Source: Torpedo marmorata
Taxonomy: Eukaryota
DNA: 64,000 nucleotides
Direction of reading: 5' to 3'
NCBI GenBank assembly: GCA_977017645.1
Contig: OZ360236.1
Location: 21,204,001 to 21,268,000 of the forward strand
Below the pieces are notes generated by a model. That model made no database searches. It had not been told where the DNA came from and worked only from the letters and a program-made list of their open reading frames with translations. Below are positions 12,047 through 24,349 of the stretch, one piece after another; the stretch's first letter is position 1; each line of letters starts with the position of its first letter. Made by a program: the position numbers and the translations under genes.

Positions 12047-12949
12047 ATTCTTTGAAAACATTTAACCGTCGCTGCATCTGAAGGTTCCTCCCCCTCCATG
12101 GAGCCGCCCGAAAGACAAACAATAACATAATAGATAATTAACCCTCCCCCCCTCGCCCAAGCTTACAGATAAAGCCTCTGACCGGAGTGACACTTTCTAA
12201 GCAGGGATAAGGAGACACTTTAAGAGAGTGAGCGGCATCAACCAGCTCTTCATCCTGGGTGACGCCATTTTATTCAAACACAACTTTATTCAAACTTTAT
12301 TCAAACAGCTGCTACATGCAAAGCACGACCAAGGCCCTCCACTGGCTGAATATTTGCTCCCATCTTCACCAAAGGTTTATGTGTTACTTCAGAGAACATT
12401 TACTTTTACAATTTTAAACTTGCATATTTTTTACTTATTATTTTATTCTTATTTATTTTAATTTTTTAATGTATTTTGCTCAATTGTTTTGCCGTTTGCT
12501 TGAGGCTGCCGTTTGCTTGAATTCCGGATACCAGGGGTTTTACTGTATATTTGTCCAACATGATTTTCCTTTGAGACAACTATATTGACAATGCTCAATC
12601 ATGTTTCAATTTTTAATACGCTGTCACGACATCTTTAATGGCAGATGTTACCATTAGCACTAATGGGCTAATTGGAAAGTTGCAGTACAATAGCAAATGA
12701 ATCTTGCTGCAATTATACTGGACTATAGTGGAAGCATGCATAAAGTACTTTGCTCTGTTTTAGACTCTTTTCCTAAGAATTTACTAATTAAACTCAAAGA
12801 TTCATTTGATTGGAGGATAAAATATGTACACTTATCATTAACCACTTGCAAAGTCTCATTCCCTGATTTCGTATCATGTCTGATTAGATGAACTCATCCA
12901 ATTGAAGACAATAACAACAATCAACATAAAACAAGTGTAGGGCAGTCAT

Positions 12950-13390
12950 ACTGTCTCCCTTGAAGAGAGTGCAGCAAGTGTTCATTCGAATGAATCGTGA
13001 AATAAGGGAATTGCTCAGGGGAGAGATATTGGATTTTTCCCAAGTTCAAAGGAATTTAGAAAAATAAGTAGTGGTCTTACTGATATGATTGATAAGTGTT
13101 TGCTTCACCTGGCTGAGGCAAAGAATCAGATTCTTGGTATCTGTCCACTGAAAACTGAATTGAGAAGAAAATTATTTATTCAGTTTTATGATTCTTTGAA
13201 ATTCTCTAACCAGAGGAATTTGAACATTTTGATTCCTGAATGCATTCAGGACTAAGACAAATGGATTTTTTTCTGATATGAAAGGAATATAATAAACATG
13301 AAAGAAAGTGGAGCTGATGTTAAAGTTTAGCTGTGATCTTAGTAAATGGTGGAACGGATTGAGCTGCATGATGAAATCCATTTTGAATAA
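12950..13390 (+). mobile_element. Old decayed CR1 3' fragment
   Basis: Remnants of LxRVQxxFxRM (gagagtgcagcaagtgttcattcgaatg) and gagaagaaaattattt..cag. Confidence 0.5.
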
Positions 13391-13396
13391 GTTAGA

Positions 13397-13550
13397 CCAT
13401 AAGACATAGGAGCAGAAATAGGCCATTCAACCCATTGAGTCTTCCCTGCCATTTAATCATGAGCTGATCCATTGTTCTTCTCAGCCCCACTGCCCAGCGT
13501 TCTCCCCATAACCTTTGATGCCCTGGCTAATTAAGAACCTATCAATCTCT
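13397..13550 (-). mobile_element. CR1 LINE extreme 3' end
   Basis: EIDRFLISQGIKGYGENAGQWG matches the C-terminus of the CR1 at 1..771. Tail cataagacatagg. Confidence 0.85.
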
Positions 13551-14002
13551 GAAGTTTGGGATATTTTCTCAACTATTATAATTCTCAATATGATGAGTAA
13601 TGGTTTCGACGAAACCCTTTTCAGAGCTACAACAGTTGAAGTATGCTCCTTTATAAATAACAGTTCTGTATCATCGTAAAACCACCCAAAACTGAGAGTA
13701 GGTGTCACTTACGGAAGAACAGAAGCCGCACTATCTTCAATAGTAAATCTGGATGTACGATGGGTTAACTACAGATATAATCACTTGTACACCTTTCATA
13801 TGGTACTTCATAAAGTGGGTGAGTCCATCTGCTAAAATGTACATGAAAACATCACAAAATGCACAAAGCCAAACAAACGAGACACGTTATAATAAATTTA
13901 GCTGCTTCACCAAGTAATGAAAATTACTTGTGTATAAAGGATAGTGTCAGTCACCCAGAAGTAATCAATCATATTACAGCTTGGTACAGTAAATGTACTC
14001 TT

Positions 14003-14251
14003 TTTAATTTAATTTAATTTAGAGGTACGGCACGGTAACAGGCCCATCCGGCCCTCAAGCCTGCGCTGGCCAAATATACCCACGTGACCAATTAACCTGC
14101 CAACCTTGCACGTATTTTTTGACGCTGAGAGGAAACAGCAGCACCCCAGAAGAAACCCACACAGACACGGAGACGTACAAACTCGCCGAATTTGAATCTG
14201 GGTCGCTGGGGCTGTAGTAGCGTTGCACTATTCACTCTGCTAACCATGCCC
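14003..14251 (-). mobile_element. tRNA-derived V-SINE (HE1-like)
   Basis: Reverse complement of the SINE family seen at 33759. Confidence 0.8.
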
Positions 14252-14542
14252 AATAAATATTTTCAAATGTCACATTGTAGCAACATTCTGGGCTTCAGGA
14301 TGTCCCAGATTCATGCCACAATCAATGAAGTGCAATCACTGTTTAGAGGTGGAAATCCAGCAGCTGGTTTACATGCGGACGTCCCGAGAGAGGAAAAGTG
14401 ATGAGCTGGATTTTGCTTTGGTGTGGATGGAGAGATAATGGTTTCTTAGGGTGAACAAGAGGGTGGACAGAGGGCTTGGTTCAACATTTCCTCTGAAAGT
14501 TGGTCTCTCGATGATGAATCTTTTAGTATTGTTCCAGATTCT

Positions 14543-15225
14543 GTAGTGAAGAGAGTAGAGAGCACCAAGTTCCTTGGAATTCACTTAACTAGTGACCTAT
14601 TGTGGACACACATCTCCACACTCGTCAGGAAGGCACAACAGCGACTGCACTTCCTGAGAAGACTGAACTGGCCAAGGCTATTATGGCAACCTTCTACAGG
14701 AGCTCTATCGAATGCGTCCTGGCCGGCTGCATCACAGTGTGGTACAGTTGCTGCAGAGAAATGGATCAGAGGTCAAACCACAGGACCATAAGAGTGGCAG
14801 AGCGAATCAATGGAGTCTCGCTCCTCTATCGATGTGATCTAACGGATAGTTGTCTGAAGAGTGTGCGCAAAATCATTGAGGACCCCTTCCACCCTGCACA
14901 CAGCATCTTTCAGCTGCTCCCATCGTGAAAGAGATACAGGAGTATCAGAGCCAGCTCCACCAGGCTGAGGAACAGCTTCTTCCCATGGGCAGTGAGAATG
15001 CTGAACGACTAAGGGAACTGCTCACACTAACCATCCAAGACATTCATATTCATGAAACAATATTTATTTATTTGTATATATGAATACTTGTCCTGCATAT
15101 GTATTGTTTGTCTGTATGTGTGTTATGTCTGGTTGTGGGTCTGCGTGTTTTGCATCAAGGACCGGAGAACGCTGTTTCGTCGGGTTGTACTTGTGCAATC
15201 GGATGGCAATAAACTTGACTTGAGA
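14543..15225 (+). mobile_element. Rex1/Babar-type LINE, 5'-truncated and frameshifted
   Basis: KFLGIHLTSDLLW, KAQQRLHFLRRL, FYRSSIECVLAGCITVWY. Tail caataaacttgacttga. Confidence 0.88.
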
Positions 15226-15304
15226 TTGTCGGCCAAAATTTTGGGTTTGGGTCCCTGGACCAAGATTTGATTGACAACTTAATGAATGAAAATTGGAAAT
15301 CAAA

Positions 15305-15430
15305 GGACTGTAAATGCTGGGAATCTGAAATAAAAACAGAAACTGTTGGAAGCACTCAGCAGATCGGCAGCTTATGTGAAAGAGAAACAAAGTCAATGTT
15401 GCAGATCGAAGACTCGAACGATCCTTCAGA
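15305..15430 (-). mobile_element. Decayed Penelope-derived short repeat
   Basis: tgctgggaatctgaaataaaaacagaaactgttggaagcactcagcag. Similar remnants at about 18225, 18990-19170, 28125, 43940 and 46380-46535. Confidence 0.5.
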
Positions 15431-15987
15431 AAATATTGACAGGCAGCGATATTAGATTGTCGTGTCGTTTAAGGGATACACAACTAATCCGGTACTCTTG
15501 AATAGAGCTCGTAATTTAGGTTGGACTGCATTTTCCAGGTTCAAAGATAAATTTGGTTAATTCAATTCTTGAATTTTGGGGTACCTATGATAGTAGTCCT
15601 AAAAATCAGTCATTTTAAATAAATTGGTTCAGTAAAGCTCTTTCAGGAAAATAAATTCTTGCTTAGTCTGGCCAATATATGCCTCAGGCTAACAATGATA
15701 TAGCAATTAGGAAAGGTCTTTAAATATTGATTGCCAGAGGCAGTAGCATCATATGAAGAATAAAAATAATCTTATTTTTTGTGTTAAAATGTGCTTCCCA
15801 TTTTCTCCAAACAGTTAAAAACATTACCGAATAATCAAAATTCAACATTTTCAATGGGGACATGCTAAAAAATCTACTTGAGGATATAAATCAACATCCA
15901 TTAAACCATACTAGAATCCCTAAGCCTGGCATTCTTGGAGAACAATGCACTAACTTGCTTAAATCCCACATTTATTGCTTTAGGTGG

Positions 15988-16690
15988 CATAGAACCATAG
16001 AACACTGCAGCACAGAAACAGGCCTTTCGGCCCTTCTAGTTTGTGCCAAACTATTATTTTGCCTACTCCCATATCCCTCCATACCCTTCCATCTATATAC
16101 CCGTCCAAATTTTTCTTTAATGTCAAAACTGAGCCTGTATTTACCAATTCACCTGGCAGCTCATTCAACACTCTCGCCACATTCTGCGTGAAGAAATTCA
16201 AGTCGTCAAGTCAAGTCAAATTTATTATCATCTGATTGCACAAGTACAACCTGATGAAACAGCGTTCTCTGGTCCTCGGTGCAAAACATGCAGATACACA
16301 ATCCAACATAACACACATATGCAGGACAAGTATTCATATATACAAATAAATAAACTATTCGTAAATATGAGAGTGTCAGATGGTTAGTGTGAGCCAGTCC
16401 TTTGGATGGTCAGCATTCTCACAGCCCGTGCTGGCTCTGATACTCCTGTATCTTTTTCCCAACCGGAGCAGCTGAAAGATGCTGTGTGCGGGGTGGAAGG
16501 GGTCCTCGACAATTTTTCCCGCTAATATTCCCTTTAAACTTTTCCCCTTTCACCCTTAACCCATGTCCTCTAGTTTTTATCTCACCTAACCTCAGTGGAA
16601 AGAGAGAGCTTGCTTGCATTTACTCTATCTATACCCATATCATAAGTTTGTATACCTTCATCAAATCTCCCCTCATTCTTCATGCTCCAG
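15988..16690 (-). mobile_element. CR1 3' fragment interrupted by a Rex1 3' fragment (about 16200-16510, minus strand)
   Basis: CR1 peptides NFFTQNVARVLNELP and KTRGHGLRVKGEKFKG flank a Rex1 3' end homologous to 14900-15225. Confidence 0.8.
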
Positions 16691-17622
16691 CGCCTGGTTA
16701 GGTCTGCGCAACTGCTTTAAAGCCTTCCTTTTTGTTAAACTAACCCATGCTGAAGTGGAGCAAAATGTACGCACACTTGGCACACAATATCACCTTTCAA
16801 ACTGAGTAAAAAGAAATTGACTTCCTGGCTCATAGAGTAACTGTTTCAGGCAGAGACATTACATGGTAGAATTTCACTGAAAGTAATTGCACAAGGGTTG
16901 TGGCAGTTTCTGCTTAAGCACACTCCAGGTTAAAGACGAGTCTTTTTCAAGTTGTTCACCAGCTGCCAGATGTTGCATTGCACCAGGTTCACCTGATCTG
17001 TAGGGTTTTTTTGTAGCCGTCAAGCACACTTGATATTTTGTCTGAAGCTAGTTTGTCTTTGGTTTCTCCAATGAAAAATTATTTTCCCCTGCAATGTTCA
17101 TCAATTTTTCCATGCTCTAAACATGAAATAAATTGTTATTCTTCCATGTGTTCTATTCCAAGACATTTTCTCTCATCAATTTTCCCAAACATTAGAGAAG
17201 TCAAGGAATACACCCCATGAGATTGCCGCTGTGCACTATTCCGTGATAAAAAGGCATTTTGTTCATTATTGGTTTTGTAACACTCATGGACAAGAGGAAG
17301 AACTATTTGAGAAAATCCAGTGCATTGCCCTTTTGTCCTGAGACACTATTATTGGACAACTTCCTGGCAGTTGTAAATAACAATTCCCCAAGGAACATTT
17401 CAGAGCAAAGTATCATGAAATATGGTGTCTCAACAGGATCTTTACGATTTTTAACTTTAAAAAAGTAACAACAGACAAAAATACCACCAATGTGCTGCTT
17501 ACTGCATATCTTTTGGTCATAAGATTTATCTGATAATGTGCTTTTGTCAAATGTCAAATACAATTTTAAAATTAAATTAGCTGCACAGATCATGAGGCTT
17601 AGAGAATCAACATGGGACATCT

Positions 17623-17880
17623 TTAAATATAAATTTTAAATTTAGGCATGCAGCATGGTGTCAGGCCCTTCCGGCCCATGAGCCCATGCCGCCTAAATAT
17701 CCCAATTAACCTACAACCCCCTTACATTTTGAAGGGTTGGAGGAAACCGGAGCACCCGGAGGAAACCCACGCAGACACATGGAGAATGTGCAAACTCCTT
17801 ACAGACAGCGCCGGATTCGAACCCGGGTCGCTGGCACTGTAATAGTGTTGCACTAACTGCTACGCTAACCGTGCCACCCA
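17623..17880 (-). mobile_element. tRNA-derived V-SINE (HE1-like)
   Basis: ggaaaccggagcacccggaggaaacccacgcagacac; B-box ggattcgaaccc; head gctacgctaaccgtgccaccc. Confidence 0.88.
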
Positions 17881-18707
17881 GGAGACTCAAAGGAATATTT
17901 CAATCTCTTTAAATAAATGTAAGGGTTAATAACATCCCAGAGTAACATGGAAGAGAGAGCACAAGCACGAGGATTCACTTGTTTCACAAAAGCATGGTTG
18001 AAAATAGGGGAATGTTGGCAGGCAGAAGCTGGTTTAACATCAGAAGGACTCCAATGATTTGGCAATTAACTAACGTGAGTTTACTATACAAGAGCTTAGG
18101 AAGCACAAGCCATGTGATCATGCTAAGAGACATGGAATGAAACCTAGTAACATATATTGCAATATTCTGATAAGCAAAATACTGTAAATCTAAGGAAGCT
18201 AAGACTACAAAAAAAAAACTGCAAGAAAGATGCTGGAAATGTAAAATAGAAATTGCTGTAAACACTCAGGCAGCGCCCGTGGAGAGAAGAGCAAATGTTT
18301 TCAGTTGATGACCTATCATTAGCCCGATTAAGTATTTTTTTTTGGCATTTCACTATATTAGTGTGAAGGGCAGATTTGCTGAATAATAGATATATCCATT
18401 TAAAAATTATTTGAGGTTGCTCTGTGGGAGCTTTTCAAAATGCTGGAAGTCCTGCCATGAGCAAGAATTACTTGAGCTGAATCTTACATGGCTTAATTAT
18501 CTTTTTAATTATAGATTCATTTGATTCTCTGCATCATGATGGCTCAGTCCAATTAATAATGTAACATGAATTAGTGAAATCTCTTATACAACATATAACA
18601 CTTATGTGGAGCAAGATATTTTGATAATTTGAGAAAACTGCAAAATTGAGTCTTCAAAATTTCAACTATTTTGAAAATTTGACAAGCTTCAGAGAAAGGC
18701 AGGACAC

Positions 18708-18971
18708 GGGACACGGTTAGCGTAGCGGGGGTGGCATGGTTAGCGTAGCAGTTAGCGCAATGCTGTTACAGTGTCAGTGATCCGGACCGGGATTTGAATC
18801 CCGTGCTGTGTGTAAGGAGTTGTACCCGTGTCTGCATGGGTTTCCTCTGGGGGCTCCGGTTTCCTCCCACCGTTCAAAATGTACCAGGGTTGTAAGTTAA
18901 TTGTGTGTAATTGAGCGGCACGGGCTCGTGGGCCGAAATGACCTATTACCATGCTGTATGTCTAAATCTAA
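18708..18971 (+). mobile_element. tRNA-derived V-SINE (HE1-like) with duplicated head
   Basis: ggttagcgtagc occurs twice, followed by the standard body and tail. Confidence 0.88.
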
Positions 18972-21545
18972 AATAATTATACTACTTTGATGCAGCAGCA
19001 AAGACAACGTTGGGAAAATTGAAAGGGACAAGCAGCATCTGTGGTGAAAGAAACTGAGTTAATGCCCTTGACAAACATTGACTGTTTCTCTCCCCACAGA
19101 TGCTCTTTGGTGTGTTGAGTGCTTCCAATGATTCCAGTTTTGTTTTGAGTTTCAAGAATCTTCAGTTTTAGGCTCCAGTTACTTTGATCTTGGATAAGCC
19201 TTGCTTGGCATTCTTACTGTTGTGAGAAATTGGTTCATTTCTTGCATTTGTGACAAGTCTGGTAGACGGTCCTTTCCTTTATCTGTCACCTTTTTTGGGA
19301 TGTCATTAGGGTGGAGAAATGGCAGGCAGGTTGCACACAGCAAGCTCCTTCAAATTGCCAAAAATGTGTGGGTTTCAACTATGTTTTGTGCTCATCTCTA
19401 TTTATTTAGATGTGTAGACACTTATGCACAGTGAGTGAATTTGAGTGACTGGCAGCCAAATTTTGTTCATTGTTCTGAACATTTTGAATTAATGATAAAA
19501 TCATTGCTCCTCGAAATTGCATTGTTAATGTCACAAGCCCAGTAATCCATCCTGGTAAACTCAGCTTTGGTTTTGTGGTCTATAAAATTTTATAGTTGGT
19601 TTGTTAACATTTAATCTGGCTTATTAGCTAAGTAGTAAAAATTTACTTAAAGCAATCTGTAATTATGGAACTGCTCGAGAAAAGTTTGTTGCAGGGTGAT
19701 GCAATTCTTGCAATCTAATTTCAAATAGACAACAATAGAAATGTATCATTATACTCAATTGAAGGAGATTCTACATGTAAAAAAGTTCTATGTCTAAACA
19801 ATTGTTTAAAAAACCATTTATGTCCTGCTTAGTGCCAATGTTGATGTAATTGCTCATGAAGACAATGAGCTGTTAATTTTAAGAAATACAGTATATGATG
19901 GATAAAGAAGGCAAATGTAAAAAACAATGTTCAACATGTAACACCAGACAGAGTTCAGTAAATTATTTGTATTTATTGTCAACCTTGTAAGGATGAAACA
20001 TTTGACAGCAAAAGTACTGAAAGTAATCATTTTCTTGTCCATATCAATCATAAACTAATTAGACTTCTGAAATGTGCACAATACTCAAGATAAATGTATA
20101 AAAACGTGTGATACAGTCAGTAAATTGAAGATCAATAACAGGAGTCACACTCTGATGTTCAAATCACTTCATTAGTGTACTTTCTAAAACTAATCATCTC
20201 ATTCTTTGCAGTTACAGTTCATCTCATGGTTGGTAATTTGTAATGGTATATAGCAATTAGATGCCATATTTTGCATAATTAAAATACATATTATTCATTT
20301 GTAACCTAAGAGAACACTTATTTTAACTCAATGCTTTGCCATCATTTAATTTTCGATTGATACCCAGTTCTTTCTACAGTTCAGCTTCTCTAGTAATCGA
20401 AAGAAGAACAATATCTGATTTCTGTTTATTAGCAGATAAAGCAATGTTTGCCATTGATTTAATGGCATAATTGGTATGTACAATTGTCATTTAACTAATA
20501 AATATTCTGAATAAACCATTAGATAGGAAGTAAGAATCAAAAGTGAATATGTATGTGTATGTATATATACACATACATACATACACAAATGATTAGTAAT
20601 GGAGAATGACTCTTAATTTCTTTTGAGGTATCTTGTGTACTTATTGATAGAGTTTTTTATTGCTTAGAGTGATTTCTCCATTGTACCTCAAGAAAGAGTT
20701 CAACTTGCAAGTCCAGAAATCCATAGTAAACATCTGTTTCCTATTTGCTTCCCAGTTTGGCTCCTGCACAACAATTGGTGAAAACTCTGTTGTTGTTATA
20801 TTTACAACAGTGTCTCGAAGGTTAATAGAGCTTCTGTATTTTTTGAATATGCAAAACATTAGTATTGTTTCAATGACCTTTCTACAACATATTTGACATG
20901 CCAAATGCTGCGCAATCCCAATTTTCCCATTGACAGTCTGTGAATATTCCCATGTAGAGATTGGAAGCCTTGATTTTGTTTATATATATTTATAGATTAT
21001 AGATTAATTAATTAAAGTTTTTTTAAAGGTTCGATAACAAAGGAACTGACTGCACCTTAGCATAACATTAAAATATTCAAAGAAAATGTGAAATAACTGT
21101 TCATTGAAAGAACCAATATTTCAACATGACATACAATAATTTCTGTTCACATTTTCCCTTTAAATTATTAAGTTATTTAACCTAACAGGATCAGTTGTTA
21201 TTACTGATCTAATGAAATTAATTGCACTCACAAATAGTTTACAAGAAGTCACTTTAAAATGGTTTTGATTTCATTCATAGTTTTGAGATGAACAGCATAC
21301 ATTTCCACTTGATCGCTTGTTGCCAGGGATGTTGGAATTTATTGATTCACCAATGAGGCTTGTACCCACATATGGAAATCAAAGTGATTGCTGGGATGTT
21401 CAGCTATGTACGTTTTTGTAGCATTTCACCAATTAGAAATACACAATACAAATACCTGGATTCATGTGATTTCTTTCCGTTCCTTAGGGTATTTGGGTTT
21501 TCCGCTCAATAATAGAAGCAAAAAAGCTGCAAAAACAACTTTAAT

Positions 21546-21710
21546 TTATGCCAGCGCCAAGGCACACCAAGAGTCTTGTCTGAGTGGAACATTAACTCCA
21601 GTCTGTGGGATCACAGTGGCTGAGGTATAAGAATAATCTTCGGTTACATATTTCAATTGTGAAGGACCAGGATTCAAATCTTCACGACTTATCATTGCTG
21701 TGGGTGGAGC
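21546..21710 (-). CDS. GATA5: GATA5 last coding exon (exon 7)
   Basis: Acceptor tttctgtag. Encodes APPTAMISREDLNPGPSQLKYVTEDYSYTSATVIPQTGVNVPLRQDSWCALALA*. The WCALALA terminus is characteristic of GATA4/5/6. Phase 0, 165 nt. Confidence 0.93.
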   Translation of the reverse strand, partial: APPTAMISREDLNPGPSQLKYVTEDYSYTSATVIPQTGVNVPLRQDSWCALALA

Positions 21711-21869
21711 CTACAGAAATAAGAATGACTAAACTTATTCCAATTGTCTAATGATAAAACAATTTCCAAAACACTGGTATTTTAATGCACTGCTCACCAT
21801 TAAAAAATAAAAATGACTATTCTGTATAAACTAAATTTAGTATTGATAAGAATTGTTAAATATCATGCA

Positions 21870-22605
21870 TGAACATAGAACAGAGAACACTACAGCCCAG
21901 TACAGGCCCTTCAGCTCTCGATGTTGTGCCGATCTATACTGTATATTCCTACCACAAAAAAACGAAACCCTTCCTACCTCGTAACCCTCTAGTTTTCTTT
22001 CATCCATGTGCCTGTCTAAGAGTTTCTTAAATGCCTCCAATGTTTCACCCTCCACCACAACCCCTGGCAAGGCACCCCAGGCACCCACAACTCTCTGTGT
22101 AACTCCCTGACGTCTCCCCTAAACTTTCCTCCCTTCACTTTGTACAGATGTCCTCTGGTGTTTGCTATTCCCTTTTCTCCTGGGAAAAAGGCGCTGGCTG
22201 ACTACCTTATCTATGCCTCCCAGAATCTTGTAGACCTCTATTAAGTCACCTCTCATCCTTCTTCGCTCCAGAGTGAAAAGTCCTAGCTCTTCTAACCTTG
22301 TCTCATAAGACCTATTTTCCAATCCAAACAATCAATTCTGAGAAACTCAATCCCCCGATTTATGAAGCCCAGCATGACATAGGCCTTCTTAACTATCCTT
22401 TCAACCTGCACGGCAACCTTGAGAAAATTATGGATTTGGACCCCAAGGTCCCTCTGTTCTTCTACACTGCTAAGCATCCATCCATTAACCCTGTACTCAG
22501 CTTTCAGGTTTGACCTTCCAAAATGCAGCACTTCACATTTAACCAGATTGAACTCCATCTGCCACTTTTCCGCCGAACTCTGCATTCTGTCTATATCCTT
22601 TATAT
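21870..22605 (-). mobile_element. CR1 LINE 3' portion, decayed
   Basis: [40 protein letters not shown]. Confidence 0.88.
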
Positions 22606-22617
22606 ATCTATATCACT

Positions 22618-23042
22618 GACTGATACGGAGGTGCCAATGCTCAGGACAAGAAAAACTCCAGAGGGTTGCTAATTCGGCCTGCGACATCACGGGCATCACT
22701 CTTCACTCCATCGAGGACATCTACAAGAGGCGGTGCCTTAAGAAAGCAGCCTCTATCCTCAAGGACCCCCACCACCCAGGCCATGACCTCTTCACTCTGC
22801 TACCATCGGGAAAAAGGTACAGGAGCCTGAAGACGAGCACTCAGTGGCACAAGGACAGCTTCTTCCCCTCTGCCATCAGATTCCTGAATGAACAATGAAC
22901 CACAGACACTGCCTTGCTTTGACTTTTTCTTGCACTTTTTAAATTTTATTTTGTAAGGTGGTTTATATAAATGTTTGCACAATGATGCTTCTGCAAAACA
23001 GTGAATTTTGCGACATGTTCATGACAATAAATTTTGATTCTG
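22618..23042 (+). mobile_element. Rex1/Babar-type LINE 3' fragment
   Basis: Closely similar, in inverted orientation, to 29303-29710. Tail catgacaataaattttgattctga. Confidence 0.85.
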
Positions 23043-23209
23043 AAGAACTCAATTAGGCCCCTGAGGCACGACCTTCCCCTTACAGAATCAATAGATTTCC
23101 AATGTTATTTTAACTGCTCTATAACCACAGTGTCAGCTGTTTGCCTCAATGCCTCAGGTTATTTTGTGCTTAGTGCAAGCAAAAGATGATGCATGTCCTG
23201 TCATTTTAC

Positions 23210-23334
23210 CTGAGAAACGGTCACCACTGTTTGCCCGGCATATGGAGATGAGGCCAAATCAGATTCAGTTTTGATAGTTGATGCATTTTCAGAGTTCGAT
23301 ATAGAAGATGGGGAATTAGTTCCTGAGGTTGTGC
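23210..23334 (-). CDS. GATA5: GATA5 exon 6
   Basis: Acceptor ttccatttcag, donor CAG/gtaaaa. 125 nt, phase 1 to 0. Encodes (G)TTSGTNSPSSISNSENASTIKTESDLASSPYAGQTVVTVSQ. Confidence 0.88.
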
Positions 23335-24349
23335 CTGAAATGGAACAGAACTTGTTAATTCATTCAGTTTCTGAGCAGTGTGACATCTCATTTGATTGTT
23401 AAATCGGAGTCATTAATGTGGAAAGAACTGGCACCTCGACAGCAACTTTACAGGAGACCCCATGATAGTACAAAATGGACCGATGGACAAAATAGACAAA
23501 TGTGCCTGAAGTTTTGCTACTTGTCTAATTTCCTTATCGATTGTGTAAGTGTTTTCCTCCTCCAATGAATTTTTAAGATGATCAATTTTGTATACAGCAA
23601 GATCTGACAAGCAGCATAACAGATGAATTATTTTTGGTGGTATTGCTTAAAGCAGGAATCTTGCACGGGCCATGAGTCAGACCTTCTGTTCTTATGTCGG
23701 GGAATAACTCCAATGATACAGCAGTCCCTTCAGCTCTTCAATCAGCCTCAGCAGAGATTAAGGCCTCAATCAACCAACTTCAGTTTCAGGAAGCAAAATT
23801 ACTGGTGAAAGGATCAAGCTGGAAATATAACATTTGATCAGGATTGTTTAATTTATTTAACACGGGATCATCCATGACTTGGCTTGTTCCCACCTTCCTA
23901 ATATTCTTAGAATATGTCCTCAGGTTTAAACTTTTGTGCCTCACGTTCCTCATCTTAGCACTGGTATTATGATTATCTCGACCACTATATTCCTGCTTTT
24001 TGTGATCTATTTCGCACCGGGCTTTCTGTTCCAGCTTCTCCCTTTAATCGACAAAGGCTAAACAGCTCACCTACTATTATTACCCTTCTTATCAATACTA
24101 CTGCTTCGTTGGCCAACTGAGCCAAAGAATAAAATTACCCTGGACTGGGGGAGTGGAGAGAATTTTAAGCCAAATAGTGGGAGCAAGGGATCAAAGTTGG
24201 GAAGATTGGTAAATCAAAGAGACAAGACTACAGAGAAAGTTATTAACTTGGGAAATAATGAACAGTCTGTGATGAGAGGGCATCAGGAGTGCAAGACTAC
24301 GGTAATAGCAATTCAGTAGATACGGCCAGGTGATACAAATAATATGAAT

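Larger units (their letters stand above)
10321..12545. mobile_element. Tigger/pogo-like DNA element hosting nested insertions
   Basis: Ends tagtaaaaccactgacattcgg / ccggataccaggggttttactg with TA on both sides. Subterminal gtttgcttga repeats at both ends. Confidence 0.7.
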
